Shown in pieces: positions 24,169-32,000 of a stretch of DNA of 32,000 nt; within the stretch, counting starts at the first letter, position 1; each line of letters begins with the position of its first letter. The notes below the pieces were generated by a model. That model was not told the origin of the DNA and ran no database searches. It worked only from the letters and a program-made list of their open reading frames with translations. Source of the DNA: Nitratidesulfovibrio vulgaris str. Hildenborough (GTDB lineage Bacteria > Desulfobacterota > Desulfovibrionia > Desulfovibrionales > Desulfovibrionaceae); the NCBI RefSeq assembly GCF_000195755.1, contig NC_002937.3, forward strand, positions 480,001 through 512,000, read 5' to 3'. Both the position numbers and the translations under genes were made by a program.

Positions 24169-25893
24169 TCACCCGATGAGATGCAGCCCGAAGCGGTGTT
24201 CGAGCCATGACGCGAAGGTATCCACGACGATGAGGCAGCGCCGCAGCCCTTCGCGTTCCAGCGGGGCGAGGGCTCCCACGTCCAGCAGGGCGCTGCCGCC
24301 TCCCTTCGTGGCCTTCGCGGGGGAGGTTCCCCCGGAGGATGGTGCGGCTGCCATGACCAGCGATGTCGTGCCGGTTGCGTCGTGCAGGGCCTTTTCATCT
24401 GTCATCATGGCTTCCGTTGCCCACGACGGACCTTTCTGCTGCCGGTCTACGGGCTGGGCGTGGGCCTCGTGCGCGACCTGTCCCCGCAGGCGAAGCCCGA
24501 GCAGGACGTCCCACGCATGGGCGATGTCGTCGCCGAGTTCCCCGCCGGGAATGCCGCATTGCCTGAGGGCGGCAAGGCGCGACGCGGTATCGGAGGGTGA
24601 CGTTATACCCCGGCCGGCAGCGTCGTTGTGCGATGCGTTGCCCGAGACGGATGCGCCGGCCCGTTCAAGGGCGAGCGCTCTCGCCCCCTGCATCAGGGTG
24701 AAGAGACCGCACCGTTTGAGGTCGATGTACTCGCCGTCCTTGCCGTCGCGGATGACTGGCAGCCGGTTGAACATGCCGAGCTTCGGAGCATGGCGCACGG
24801 CTTCGCGTCCCATGAGTCGCAGGGGCAGCGAGGTTGTGGCAAGGCGGTGGCAGAGGTGGTCGGTCAGGCGCGGGCAGAGGTCGAATCCGTCGTTGAGCCC
24901 GCGCAGGTCGGCAAGGATGGAGAGTGTGACCACGGCAGGGGCGTCGGGGGTGCGGCAGGCCCCGTCCACGACAGTGCGCCAGCTTCGCATGGTGCGTCGC
25001 CACGCGGGGCTGGAGGGCATGATGCCGTGAGGGCAGGGCGGCAGCCCCGCATGGACGAGCATCTGTGCCAGTGCCTCGCCGAACCGGGCGAACCATGCCG
25101 CCACTGCGTCAGGGGGGATGTCGCCGCTGGCGTCGGACAGCACGAGGGCCACATCCTGGTCGGTGGCGAAGAACTGTTCCCGTCGGGCGTGGCTGCCCAG
25201 CACCCCCACGGCGAATGGCGATGGAGGCGGGGTGGGCATGGTCTGGAGTGCGAGGTGGGCGGCGCGTGTCACCAGCCTGTCGCGCAGCCCTGCGACGATG
25301 CGACCCAGTCGTACTGCAGCGATGCCTTCGGACGTGTATCGGCGGATGAGACGATGCAGGGTCTCGTGCGCCATGCCGAGTGCGGTGGCGTCGGTGGAGG
25401 TGTCGATGGCCGAAGCCACGGCAAAGGGGCTTGCCGTATCACCGGACAACAGGTCGCGTTCCTCGAGGATGCCCCGGGGCGTGCCCTCGCCGGATACCAC
25501 CAGCAGATGGCGTATGCCGTGTTCGGCCATGCGAAGCACGGCCTCGCCCGTGGTCGAGCCTTCACCGATGGTGACGACCCCTCCCCGCATGACCCGCCCG
25601 AGTGGGCGCGCGTGGGCCATGCCCCTGTGTTCGGCGACGAGGCGGGTGATGTCGCGTTCGGTGATGATGCCTTCGGGGCGGGTCGCCTCGCCCACCAGCA
25701 CCGCCGAGACCTGCGCTTCTACCATACGCGCTGCCGCTTCGCCCAGTGACGTCTCACGGTCGAGGGTCAGTGGTGGATGCAATACCAGCGAGGAGAGGGG
25801 GGTGAGGCATGAGGGCGGTGAGGTGTCGGCACCCCCGGGGTCTCTCCGTCCGGGTGACGTTGGCGGGGCGGCGGGCCGTGGTTCCTTTGTCAT
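24169..25893 (-). CDS. CBS-pair / DUF294 putative nucleotidyltransferase (GlnD-like NTase fold) with DUF294_C region
   Basis: CBS pair (VSAVLVGEATRPEGIITERDI; IRHLLVVSGEGTPRGILEERDLL) followed by the NTase signature VLGSHARREQFFATDQDVALVL (GS...DxD). Confidence 0.85.
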   Translation of the reverse strand: MTKEPRPAAPPTSPGRRDPGGADTSPPSCLTPLSSLVLHPPLTLDRETSLGEAAARMVEAQVSAVLVGEATRPEGIITERDITRLVAEHRGMAHARPLGRVMRGGVVTIGEGSTTGEAVLRMAEHGIRHLLVVSGEGTPRGILEERDLLSGDTASPFAVASAIDTSTDATALGMAHETLHRLIRRYTSEGIAAVRLGRIVAGLRDRLVTRAAHLALQTMPTPPPSPFAVGVLGSHARREQFFATDQDVALVLSDASGDIPPDAVAAWFARFGEALAQMLVHAGLPPCPHGIMPSSPAWRRTMRSWRTVVDGACRTPDAPAVVTLSILADLRGLNDGFDLCPRLTDHLCHRLATTSLPLRLMGREAVRHAPKLGMFNRLPVIRDGKDGEYIDLKRCGLFTLMQGARALALERAGASVSGNASHNDAAGRGITSPSDTASRLAALRQCGIPGGELGDDIAHAWDVLLGLRLRGQVAHEAHAQPVDRQQKGPSWATEAMMTDEKALHDATGTTSLVMAAAPSSGGTSPAKATKGGGSALLDVGALAPLEREGLRRCLIVVDTFASWLEHRFGLHLIG

Positions 25894-25959
25894 GAGTCCC
25901 TGCCCTTTCAGGTTGCATCACTGTTGCCGGGGACATGTGGTGCGCTTTCGCCATCCGGT

Positions 25960-25996
25960 GGCGTATCCCTCCCGTCGTCGCAGGGAGGGATACGCC
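25960..25996 (-). promoter_or_regulatory. Intercistronic 14-bp perfect stem-loop between actP and the DUF294 gene
   Basis: GGCGTATCCCTCCC / GGGAGGGATACGCC with a 9-nt loop, centred in the 148-nt actP-DUF294 spacer. No U tract follows on the coding (minus) strand. Confidence 0.5.
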
Positions 25997-26041
25997 GTCT
26001 TGCGTTCGTCCTGTCATCCCATCATCGGCATCAGAGGGGAA

Positions 26042-27589
26042 TCACTCCGCGCCTACGCCGAGGTAGTTGCGAATCTTCTGGGCGTCGAAGCGGGCGGACT
26101 CCTCACTGTCGGGGCGCAACAGCGACCCGGCGATTCCGGCCATGAACGCGGCGGGCATGGAAAGCAGGGCCGGGTTTTTGAGCGGGAAGGGGGCCGTGCC
26201 GAGGTGGAACACATCCGTCCAGACGGTGGGGCTGACGATGATGAGGCCCACGGCGAGAACGCCCCCGGTGACAATGGCCCACACTGCGCCGGTGGTGCTG
26301 CAGCCGCGCCACATGATGGACAGGAGGAGTGCGGGCAGGTTGGCACTGGCGGCGATGGCGAAGGCCAGTCCGACCATGAAGGCCACGTTCTGTCCCTTGA
26401 AGGCGATGCCCAGCAGCATGGCGATGACGCCGAGGGCGATGGTGGCGCGTTTGGCCACGCGGACCTCATCCGCCTCGTTCGACTGTCCGCCCTTGAAGAC
26501 ATTGGCGTAGAGGTCGTGGGAGAAGGTCGTCGCCCCTGCCAGCGTCAGACCCGCGACCACGGCGAGGATGGTGGCGAAGGCGACGGCGGCGATGAAGCCG
26601 AGGAACATGGTGCCACCTGTCACTTCCGCCAGCAGCGGGGCCGCCATGTTGCCGCCCTTGTCGAACATGCGGATGGCGTCGGGGCCGACAAGCATCATGG
26701 CACCGAAGCCGATGATGAAGGTGAGCACGTAGAAGTACGAGATGAGACCGGTGGCATAGAACACCGATTTACGGGCGGCGCGGGCGTCGGGCACCGTGTA
26801 GAAGCGCATGAGGATGTGCGGAAGCCCTGCCGTGCCGAACATGAGTGCCATGCCCAGCGAGATGGCGTCCCACGGGTTGGACACGAGGCCGCCGGGGGCC
26901 AGCATCGCCTCGCCGTGCTTCGCGGCTGCGGTCACGAAGAGACGGGTGGGGCTGTAGTCGAACTGCGCGAGAACCATCACCACCATGGCCGTGGCACCGC
27001 CAAGGAGCAGCACCGCCTTGGTTATCTGCACCCATGTCGTGGCCAGCATGCCGCCGAAGAGCACATAGGCCATCATGATGAAGCCCACGGCCACCACGGC
27101 GTATTCGTAGCGGATGCCGAACATGAGCTGCACCAGTGCTCCCGACCCCACCATCTGGGCGATGAGGTAGAAGCACACCGTCATCAGCGACCCGCACGCG
27201 GCAGCGATGCGTATGGGCTTCTGCCGCAGCCTGTAGGCCACGACATCCGCGAAGGTGTACCGGCCGAGATTGCGCAGGGGTTCGGCGATGAGGAACATCA
27301 TGAGCGGCCAGCCCACGAGAAAGCCGATGGAGTAGATGAGGCCGTCGTACCCCTTCAGCGACACCAGTCCGGCGATGCCGAGAAACGAGGCCGCACTCAT
27401 GTAGTCGCCCGCGAGGGCGAGGCCGTTCTGCAGTCCGGTGACGCTACGCCCCGCCGCATAGAATTCCGAGGCCGAACGGCTGCGGCGTGCCGCGAACCAC
27501 GTGATGGCCAACGTGAAGGCGACGAAGGCGAAGAAGAAGAGGATGGAGACGGCGTTGGGCTGTCCGAGAGTGCTGGTGAACTCAGGCAT
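26042..27589 (-). CDS. actP: Cation/acetate symporter ActP (sodium:solute symporter family)
   Basis: A 515-aa SSF transporter with the ActP-type N-terminus ...[34 protein letters not shown]. Its ATG overlaps the upstream DUF485 gene by 8 nt, the classical yjcH-actP arrangement. Confidence 0.93.
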   Translation of the reverse strand: MPEFTSTLGQPNAVSILFFFAFVAFTLAITWFAARRSRSASEFYAAGRSVTGLQNGLALAGDYMSAASFLGIAGLVSLKGYDGLIYSIGFLVGWPLMMFLIAEPLRNLGRYTFADVVAYRLRQKPIRIAAACGSLMTVCFYLIAQMVGSGALVQLMFGIRYEYAVVAVGFIMMAYVLFGGMLATTWVQITKAVLLLGGATAMVVMVLAQFDYSPTRLFVTAAAKHGEAMLAPGGLVSNPWDAISLGMALMFGTAGLPHILMRFYTVPDARAARKSVFYATGLISYFYVLTFIIGFGAMMLVGPDAIRMFDKGGNMAAPLLAEVTGGTMFLGFIAAVAFATILAVVAGLTLAGATTFSHDLYANVFKGGQSNEADEVRVAKRATIALGVIAMLLGIAFKGQNVAFMVGLAFAIAASANLPALLLSIMWRGCSTTGAVWAIVTGGVLAVGLIIVSPTVWTDVFHLGTAPFPLKNPALLSMPAAFMAGIAGSLLRPDSEESARFDAQKIRNYLGVGAE

Positions 27590-27899
27590 GGTCGTCCCCC
27601 TTCATGCTTTCGACGATGGTTCGAACGTCGCTGTCGTATTTCGTGTTGGCCCACCATACGTAGATGCCCGTGAGAAGCGACGCGGAGATGATGATGCCGA
27701 TGCCGAGTGGAATGCCCACGGTGAGACCGCTTTCGAGACGGGCGGTGAGCAGGTCGCGTCCGAAGGCCAGCAGCATGATGAACCCGAAGTAGATGACCAG
27801 CATGAGCGCGGTCATGGACATCGAGACGGTGCGGCTGCGGCGGACGAACAGGTCGAAGTGACGTTCGTCGGGGGCCTTGTGCGTTGTCGGGCCTGACAT
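27582..27899 (-). CDS. yjcH: DUF485 inner-membrane protein (YjcH-like, ActP partner)
   Basis: A 105-aa two-TMS protein ([29 protein letters not shown] ... [20 protein letters not shown]) directly upstream of actP. Start at ATG 27899 with AAGGAGG 6 nt upstream. Confidence 0.85.
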   Translation of the reverse strand: MSGPTTHKAPDERHFDLFVRRSRTVSMSMTALMLVIYFGFIMLLAFGRDLLTARLESGLTVGIPLGIGIIISASLLTGIYVWWANTKYDSDVRTIVESMKGDDHA

Positions 27900-27906
27900 G
27901 GGATGC

Positions 27907-27938
27907 CTCCTTTCCTGTGTGTTCCGATAGGAAAGGAG
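27907..27938 (-). promoter_or_regulatory. Leader hairpin that pairs the Shine-Dalgarno sequence of the DUF485-actP operon
   Basis: On the mRNA strand: CUCCUUUCCU (27938-27929), a 12-nt loop, then AGGAAAGGAG (27916-27907). This is a perfect 10-bp stem whose 3' arm is the AAGGAGG ribosome-binding site, 6 nt before the AUG. Confidence 0.55.
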
Positions 27939-28229
27939 CATATGTGTATTTTTGTATGGTTTCACTCCCATATCGGCAAGCGGCGCCCTGACATGGGACG
28001 AGTGCCGTTAACGGGCGCCAGGGCAGGGTGAATGCCCATGGGCGGCGCTGCCCGCGCTGGGCGTTGGGCGTCTGGGGCAGGTGTGAACGGTCATCCGCAC
28101 GTGGTGGGCGGTGACCCGCCGTCGGGTGGCAAGACCAGACGGTGAACGGCATCAAGGCGGGCCGATGCGTCGCCAGTGGCGGGAAATGGCATGACGACGC
28201 CGAGAAGCATGGCGTGGGGCGGCACGCGG

Positions 28230-28258
28230 TTGCCACTGCGCCACGGTTGTCCTATAAG
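28230..28258 (+). promoter_or_regulatory. Candidate sigma70-type promoter for gmd (TTGCCA-17-TATAAG)
   Basis: -35 TTGCCA at 28230-28235, 17-nt spacer, -10 TATAAG at 28253-28258, about 35 nt upstream of the gmd ATG. A GGAG Shine-Dalgarno sequence lies at 28283-28286. This is a hexamer match only. Confidence 0.4.
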
Positions 28259-28292
28259 GGGCCGATAGTCTGACCTCTTTACGGAGAATTTC

Positions 28293-29438
28293 ATGAAGCG
28301 CGCGCTCATCACCGGCATCACCGGGCAGGACGGGGCCTACCTCGCCGAATTCCTGCTTGCCAAAGGCTATGAGGTGCACGGCATCAAGCGCCGGGCCTCG
28401 CTTTTCAATACCGACCGCATCGACCACCTCTATCAGGACCCGCACGAGAAGCGCAGACGGTTCATCCTGCATTACGGCGACATGACCGATGCCAGCAATC
28501 TCATCCGCATCGTGCAGGAGGTGCAGCCCGACGAGGTCTACAACCTCGCGGCGCAGAGTCATGTGAAGGTGTCGTTCGAACTGCCTGAATATACGGCCAA
28601 TGTCGACGCACTGGGGCCGTTGCGGCTGCTTGAGGCCATTCGCATCCTCGGCCTGGAGAAGAGCACGCGCTTCTATCAGGCCTCCACATCGGAGCTTTTC
28701 GGGCTGGTGCAGGAAGTGCCGCAGACGGAACGCACCCCCTTCTATCCCCGTTCCCCCTACGCCTGCGCCAAACTCTATGCCTACTGGATTGCGGTCAACT
28801 ACCGCGAGGCCTACGGCATGTACGCCTGCAACGGCATCCTCTTCAATCACGAGTCGCCTGTGCGCGGCGAGACCTTCGTCACGCGCAAGATTACCCGTGC
28901 GCTGGCGCGGACGGTGCTTGGGCTGACCAACGGTCTGCATCTCGGCAATCTCAACGCCCTGCGCGACTGGGGGCACGCCCGTGACTACGTGGAGATGCAG
29001 TGGCTCATGTTGCAACAGGACAAGCCCGAAGATTTCGTCATCGCCACCGGACATCAGTATTCGGTGCGCGACTTCGTGGCCACGGCTGCAGGTGAACTCG
29101 GTCTTGCACTGGAGTGGCACGGCGAGGGCGTGGACGAGAAGGGTGTTGTCACGTCGGTGGATGCGAAGGCGCTGGAACGGTTGACCGGTGCCGCCGGGGC
29201 TTCGTGCCCCGTGAAGCCGGGCGACGTTCTGGTGCAGGTCGACCCGCGCTACTTCCGTCCCACCGAGGTCGAGACGCTGCTGGGCGACCCGACGCGGGCC
29301 CATGAACGCCTCGGATGGAAACCGCGGACGACCTTCGCCGACATGGTGGCGGAGATGGTCCGCGAGGACGTGAACCTCGCCCGCCGCGACGCCGTATGCA
29401 AGGTGGCCGGTTTCAGGGCCTTCAGTTACAACGAATAG
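28293..29438 (+). CDS. gmd: GDP-mannose 4,6-dehydratase
   Basis: Near-canonical Gmd sequence: [47 protein letters not shown], catalytic [33 protein letters not shown]. Confidence 0.97.
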   Translation: MKRALITGITGQDGAYLAEFLLAKGYEVHGIKRRASLFNTDRIDHLYQDPHEKRRRFILHYGDMTDASNLIRIVQEVQPDEVYNLAAQSHVKVSFELPEYTANVDALGPLRLLEAIRILGLEKSTRFYQASTSELFGLVQEVPQTERTPFYPRSPYACAKLYAYWIAVNYREAYGMYACNGILFNHESPVRGETFVTRKITRALARTVLGLTNGLHLGNLNALRDWGHARDYVEMQWLMLQQDKPEDFVIATGHQYSVRDFVATAAGELGLALEWHGEGVDEKGVVTSVDAKALERLTGAAGASCPVKPGDVLVQVDPRYFRPTEVETLLGDPTRAHERLGWKPRTTFADMVAEMVREDVNLARRDAVCKVAGFRAFSYNE

Positions 29439-32000
29439 TCTTCACGGGTGCGGCCTTCGGGCCGCACCCGCCGCCCCAGGGTCGCAAGGGCCTTCTCCAG
29501 TGCTGTGAAGTCGTAGGGCTTCTGCACATAGGCGTCGGCCCCTTTCGCCATGAACCGTTCTCGGTCGCCCTGCATGGCGTGTGCGGTCACGGCCACGACC
29601 GGAATGGTGGGGGGCAGTCCCGCGACCTGTCCCGTACGGATGGCCTGCAAGGTTGCCATGCCATCGAGGACGGGCATCTGGATGTCGAGGAACACGGCAT
29701 CGAAGTGCTGTTCCGCGAGTGCCTGCAACGCCTGACTGCCGTCTTCCACGGCATGGGCGCGGTGACCCAGCTGTTCCAGCATCCGTGTCAGGGTGAGGCG
29801 ATTGATGGCATCGTCTTCCGCCACGAGCAGGTACAGGGCATGCCTGTCGCCTTCATCCTCCGTCTCCTTGACCTTCCTGCCCTGCGGGCGCCGGGTCTTT
29901 CCGACCGGGATGGCGAAATGCATGGCCGTACCCATGTCCGGCGCGCTCTCCACTTCGATGCTGCCCCCGAAGAGTTCCATGAGTCTGCATACGATGCCAA
30001 GGCCGAGTCCCAGTCCGCTGTGACGGCGTGTGTAAGAGCCGTCCAGTTGGGTGAAGGGCTGGAAGATGCTCTCGATTCTGTCTTCGGGGATGCCGGGACC
30101 GGTGTCGCGTACGGTACAGAACAGGACGATGGCGTCGCCGCGCATGGAGGCTGTGGAAAACTCCACACGTACGCCACCCTTCTCCGTGAACTTGACCGCG
30201 TTGCCGACAAGGTTGAACAGCGTCTGCCGCAAGCGCAGAGGGTCTGTCCGAACGTAGGTGGGGGTACCGGGGGCAATGGTCGTCTCCAGCGTGATGCCCT
30301 TGCCTGTGGCGTCGAGGCTGAAGGTGGAGAACACCTCGTCCACCAGTTCCCTTATGTCGCAGGGGATGGCTTCGATGACAAGCTTGCCCGCCTCGATGCG
30401 GGAAAGGTCGAGGATGTCGCTGAGCAGTCGCACGAGGTTCTGCCCGGAACGGATGGCGGTGGTCACATACTGCCTCTGTTCGGGAGAGAGGGACGACAGT
30501 TCGAGCAGTTGTAACATGCCCAGCGCTCCGTTGAGCGGAGTGCGCAATTCGTGGCTGACGTTGGCAAGGAACTCGCTTTTGGTACGATTTGCCTCTTCGG
30601 CGCGTTTGCTCGCCTCGCACATGGATTCCAGCGCGTTGACCGCATCGGTGATGTCATAGCAGTAGCCGATGAAACCGGAGAAGGTGCCGTCGAGGTCGGG
30701 AAGGGGCTTGCCGCAGTCGACGAGCCAGCGGAATTGACCGTCGTGCCGCTTCAGGCGGTAGTTCATCTCGAATGCCTGCTGGAGTGCGAAGGCTTTCTGA
30801 TAGATGCTGACGCAACGGTCGTAATCGTCGGGGTGCACTCCCCCGGCCCAGCCGTAGCCATACTCCTGTTCCATGGTCCGGCCCGTGAAGTCGAGCCATG
30901 TGGTGTTGAACCAGTCGCATGCACCAGTGGTGTCGCTACGCCAGATGAGCATGGGGGCGTGGTCGAGGATGCGCAGATACCTGTCGGCGGCATTATGCAT
31001 GCGCGTCGCGTCGTATCGTCGTTCCGTGGCGTCCACGGCAACGCCGTACCATTCCGTGCCGCCCCCCCGTGCCGGAGTGGAGGTGGCCTGTACATGAACC
31101 CATTTTGTACCGCCTGTGCAATGCAGGGGGATTTCGACATCCACAGGCGTCCCTTCCCCGTCTGTCGCAGAGATGCCCGCAAGGATATGTGGCACGACAT
31201 CCGGGCCGAACAAGGCGACCAGCGCGTGCGGGTCGGCTTTGATCTCTTCCTGCGACAGCCCGCACAACTCGACCGTTCCGCCGCCGACGTACTCGACCCT
31301 GATGTTACCATCATGCGGGGCGCACAACTTGAACACCACGCCGGGAACGTTACGCGAGACCTCGTCAAGAGAACGTGCCTCCTGCCGCATGGCTTCGGCA
31401 TGTTTGACGTGGGTGATGTCCATGAAGGTGAGCAGCATATGCTCTGTCGCCCCTGTCTCATCACGGACGGCATGGATGCGTTGCTGGCACCACCTGCCAT
31501 CCGTGAGGCGTGCCTCGCTGTCGTGTGTTCCCCCTTCACTGAGGCCAAGAGCCAGCGATTTGAAGAGATTGTCAGGTTCCGCAAGGCACGAGGCGATCTG
31601 TTGCAGCGGCCTTCCCACATCGTGGGGTTGCAGGTGGAAGATTGCAGACATGCCCGCATTGAAACGCCGCACCCGTAGCGATTCGTCCAGCGAGGCGATG
31701 GCGATGGGAATCGTGTCGAAGAGTTGAGCGTAGTCTTCTCCAAGAATGCGTAGCTGGTCGTTCTTGCGCTCGAATTCGGCGTTGACGGTGTAGAGTTCCT
31801 CATTGATGGAATGAAGCTCTTCGTTCGTCGCCTGCAGTTCTTCATTGGCCGAGAGCAGTTCCTCGTTGGTGGCCTGCAATTCCTCGTTGGTGACGTGCAC
31901 CTGTTCGATACTGTCACGCAGGCTCGAACGTGTCTCGGCAAGTTCCGCTTCGAGTTCGGCGACCCGTGACGCCAGCAGTCCTGTGCCGTGCCCCGTCGCT
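29426..32000 (-). CDS. Hybrid sensor: coiled-coil / multiple PAS / histidine kinase / receiver (5' end outside window)
   Basis: The frame is open to the window edge (...[34 protein letters not shown]...). It carries PAS-like modules, the H-box [17 protein letters not shown], HATPase N/G boxes ([23 protein letters not shown]), and a C-terminal receiver [11 protein letters not shown]...[13 protein letters not shown]...KP. Confidence 0.92.
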   Translation of the reverse strand, partial: ATGHGTGLLASRVAELEAELAETRSSLRDSIEQVHVTNEELQATNEELLSANEELQATNEELHSINEELYTVNAEFERKNDQLRILGEDYAQLFDTIPIAIASLDESLRVRRFNAGMSAIFHLQPHDVGRPLQQIASCLAEPDNLFKSLALGLSEGGTHDSEARLTDGRWCQQRIHAVRDETGATEHMLLTFMDITHVKHAEAMRQEARSLDEVSRNVPGVVFKLCAPHDGNIRVEYVGGGTVELCGLSQEEIKADPHALVALFGPDVVPHILAGISATDGEGTPVDVEIPLHCTGGTKWVHVQATSTPARGGGTEWYGVAVDATERRYDATRMHNAADRYLRILDHAPMLIWRSDTTGACDWFNTTWLDFTGRTMEQEYGYGWAGGVHPDDYDRCVSIYQKAFALQQAFEMNYRLKRHDGQFRWLVDCGKPLPDLDGTFSGFIGYCYDITDAVNALESMCEASKRAEEANRTKSEFLANVSHELRTPLNGALGMLQLLELSSLSPEQRQYVTTAIRSGQNLVRLLSDILDLSRIEAGKLVIEAIPCDIRELVDEVFSTFSLDATGKGITLETTIAPGTPTYVRTDPLRLRQTLFNLVGNAVKFTEKGGVRVEFSTASMRGDAIVLFCTVRDTGPGIPEDRIESIFQPFTQLDGSYTRRHSGLGLGLGIVCRLMELFGGSIEVESAPDMGTAMHFAIPVGKTRRPQGRKVKETEDEGDRHALYLLVAEDDAINRLTLTRMLEQLGHRAHAVEDGSQALQALAEQHFDAVFLDIQMPVLDGMATLQAIRTGQVAGLPPTIPVVAVTAHAMQGDRERFMAKGADAYVQKPYDFTALEKALATLGRRVRPEGRTREDYSL

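Noticed and set aside
25118-27673. 851-aa ORF on the plus strand
   Set aside because: It runs antisense across the DUF294 gene, the intergenic hairpin and all of actP. It has low-complexity Arg/Gly/His/Glu composition, and the opposite strand has clear family signatures.
27976-27988. GGCGCC…TTGCC on the minus strand upstream of DUF485-actP as a sigma54 promoter
   Set aside because: The GG-to-GC spacing is 9 nt, one short. Similar off-by-one look-alikes occur upstream of the ABM gene (~3440) and the PLC-like gene (~618).
30763-31941. 392-aa alternative-frame minus-strand ORF inside the sensor kinase gene
   Set aside because: It overlaps the frame that encodes PAS/HisKA/HATPase motifs. Its own translation is Ser/Arg/Pro/Thr-rich with no domain signature.

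Overview
This is a GC-rich bacterial chromosomal segment. Its gene content points to a Desulfovibrio/Nitratidesulfovibrio vulgaris-like sulfate reducer. From memory, the order echFEDCBA, tetR, RND pump, adenine deaminase, phoH, actP, gmd matches the D. vulgaris Hildenborough ech locus; I cannot verify that here.

I support 24 protein-coding genes and no rRNA, tRNA, CRISPR array or intact mobile element. In window order:
- a cardiolipin synthase 3' fragment
- a secreted Zn-phospholipase-C-like protein
- the ChrA chromate transporter
- an ABM monooxygenase
- the complete six-gene Ech membrane [NiFe] hydrogenase operon (minus strand)
- a divergent TetR regulator followed by an MFP-RND-YCII efflux operon
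- a UPF0597/L-cysteine-desulfidase-like gene
- adenine deaminase
- a PIN-PhoH ATPase
- a minus-strand cluster: DUF485, ActP, CBS-DUF294 nucleotidyltransferase, cNMP-CBS-degenerate DUF294 paralog, DEDDh exonuclease
- GDP-mannose 4,6-dehydratase
- the 3' two-thirds of a PAS/histidine-kinase/receiver hybrid sensor

The best candidate for an undescribed system is the acetate-permease-linked sensor nucleotidyltransferase / pseudo-nucleotidyltransferase / 3'-5' exonuclease module at 21196-27899. It comes with its own RNA-level control elements: an anti-Shine-Dalgarno hairpin in the operon leader and a 14-bp intercistronic hairpin.

Other unexplained structure:
- a 5 x 10-bp tandem decamer array upstream of ade
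- a 28-bp perfect direct repeat pair after the efflux operon
- several perfect palindromes in divergent promoter regions
- a possible frameshifted gene relic next to the ech terminator

Many long ORFs in the supplied track are antisense shadows typical of high-GC DNA and were rejected.
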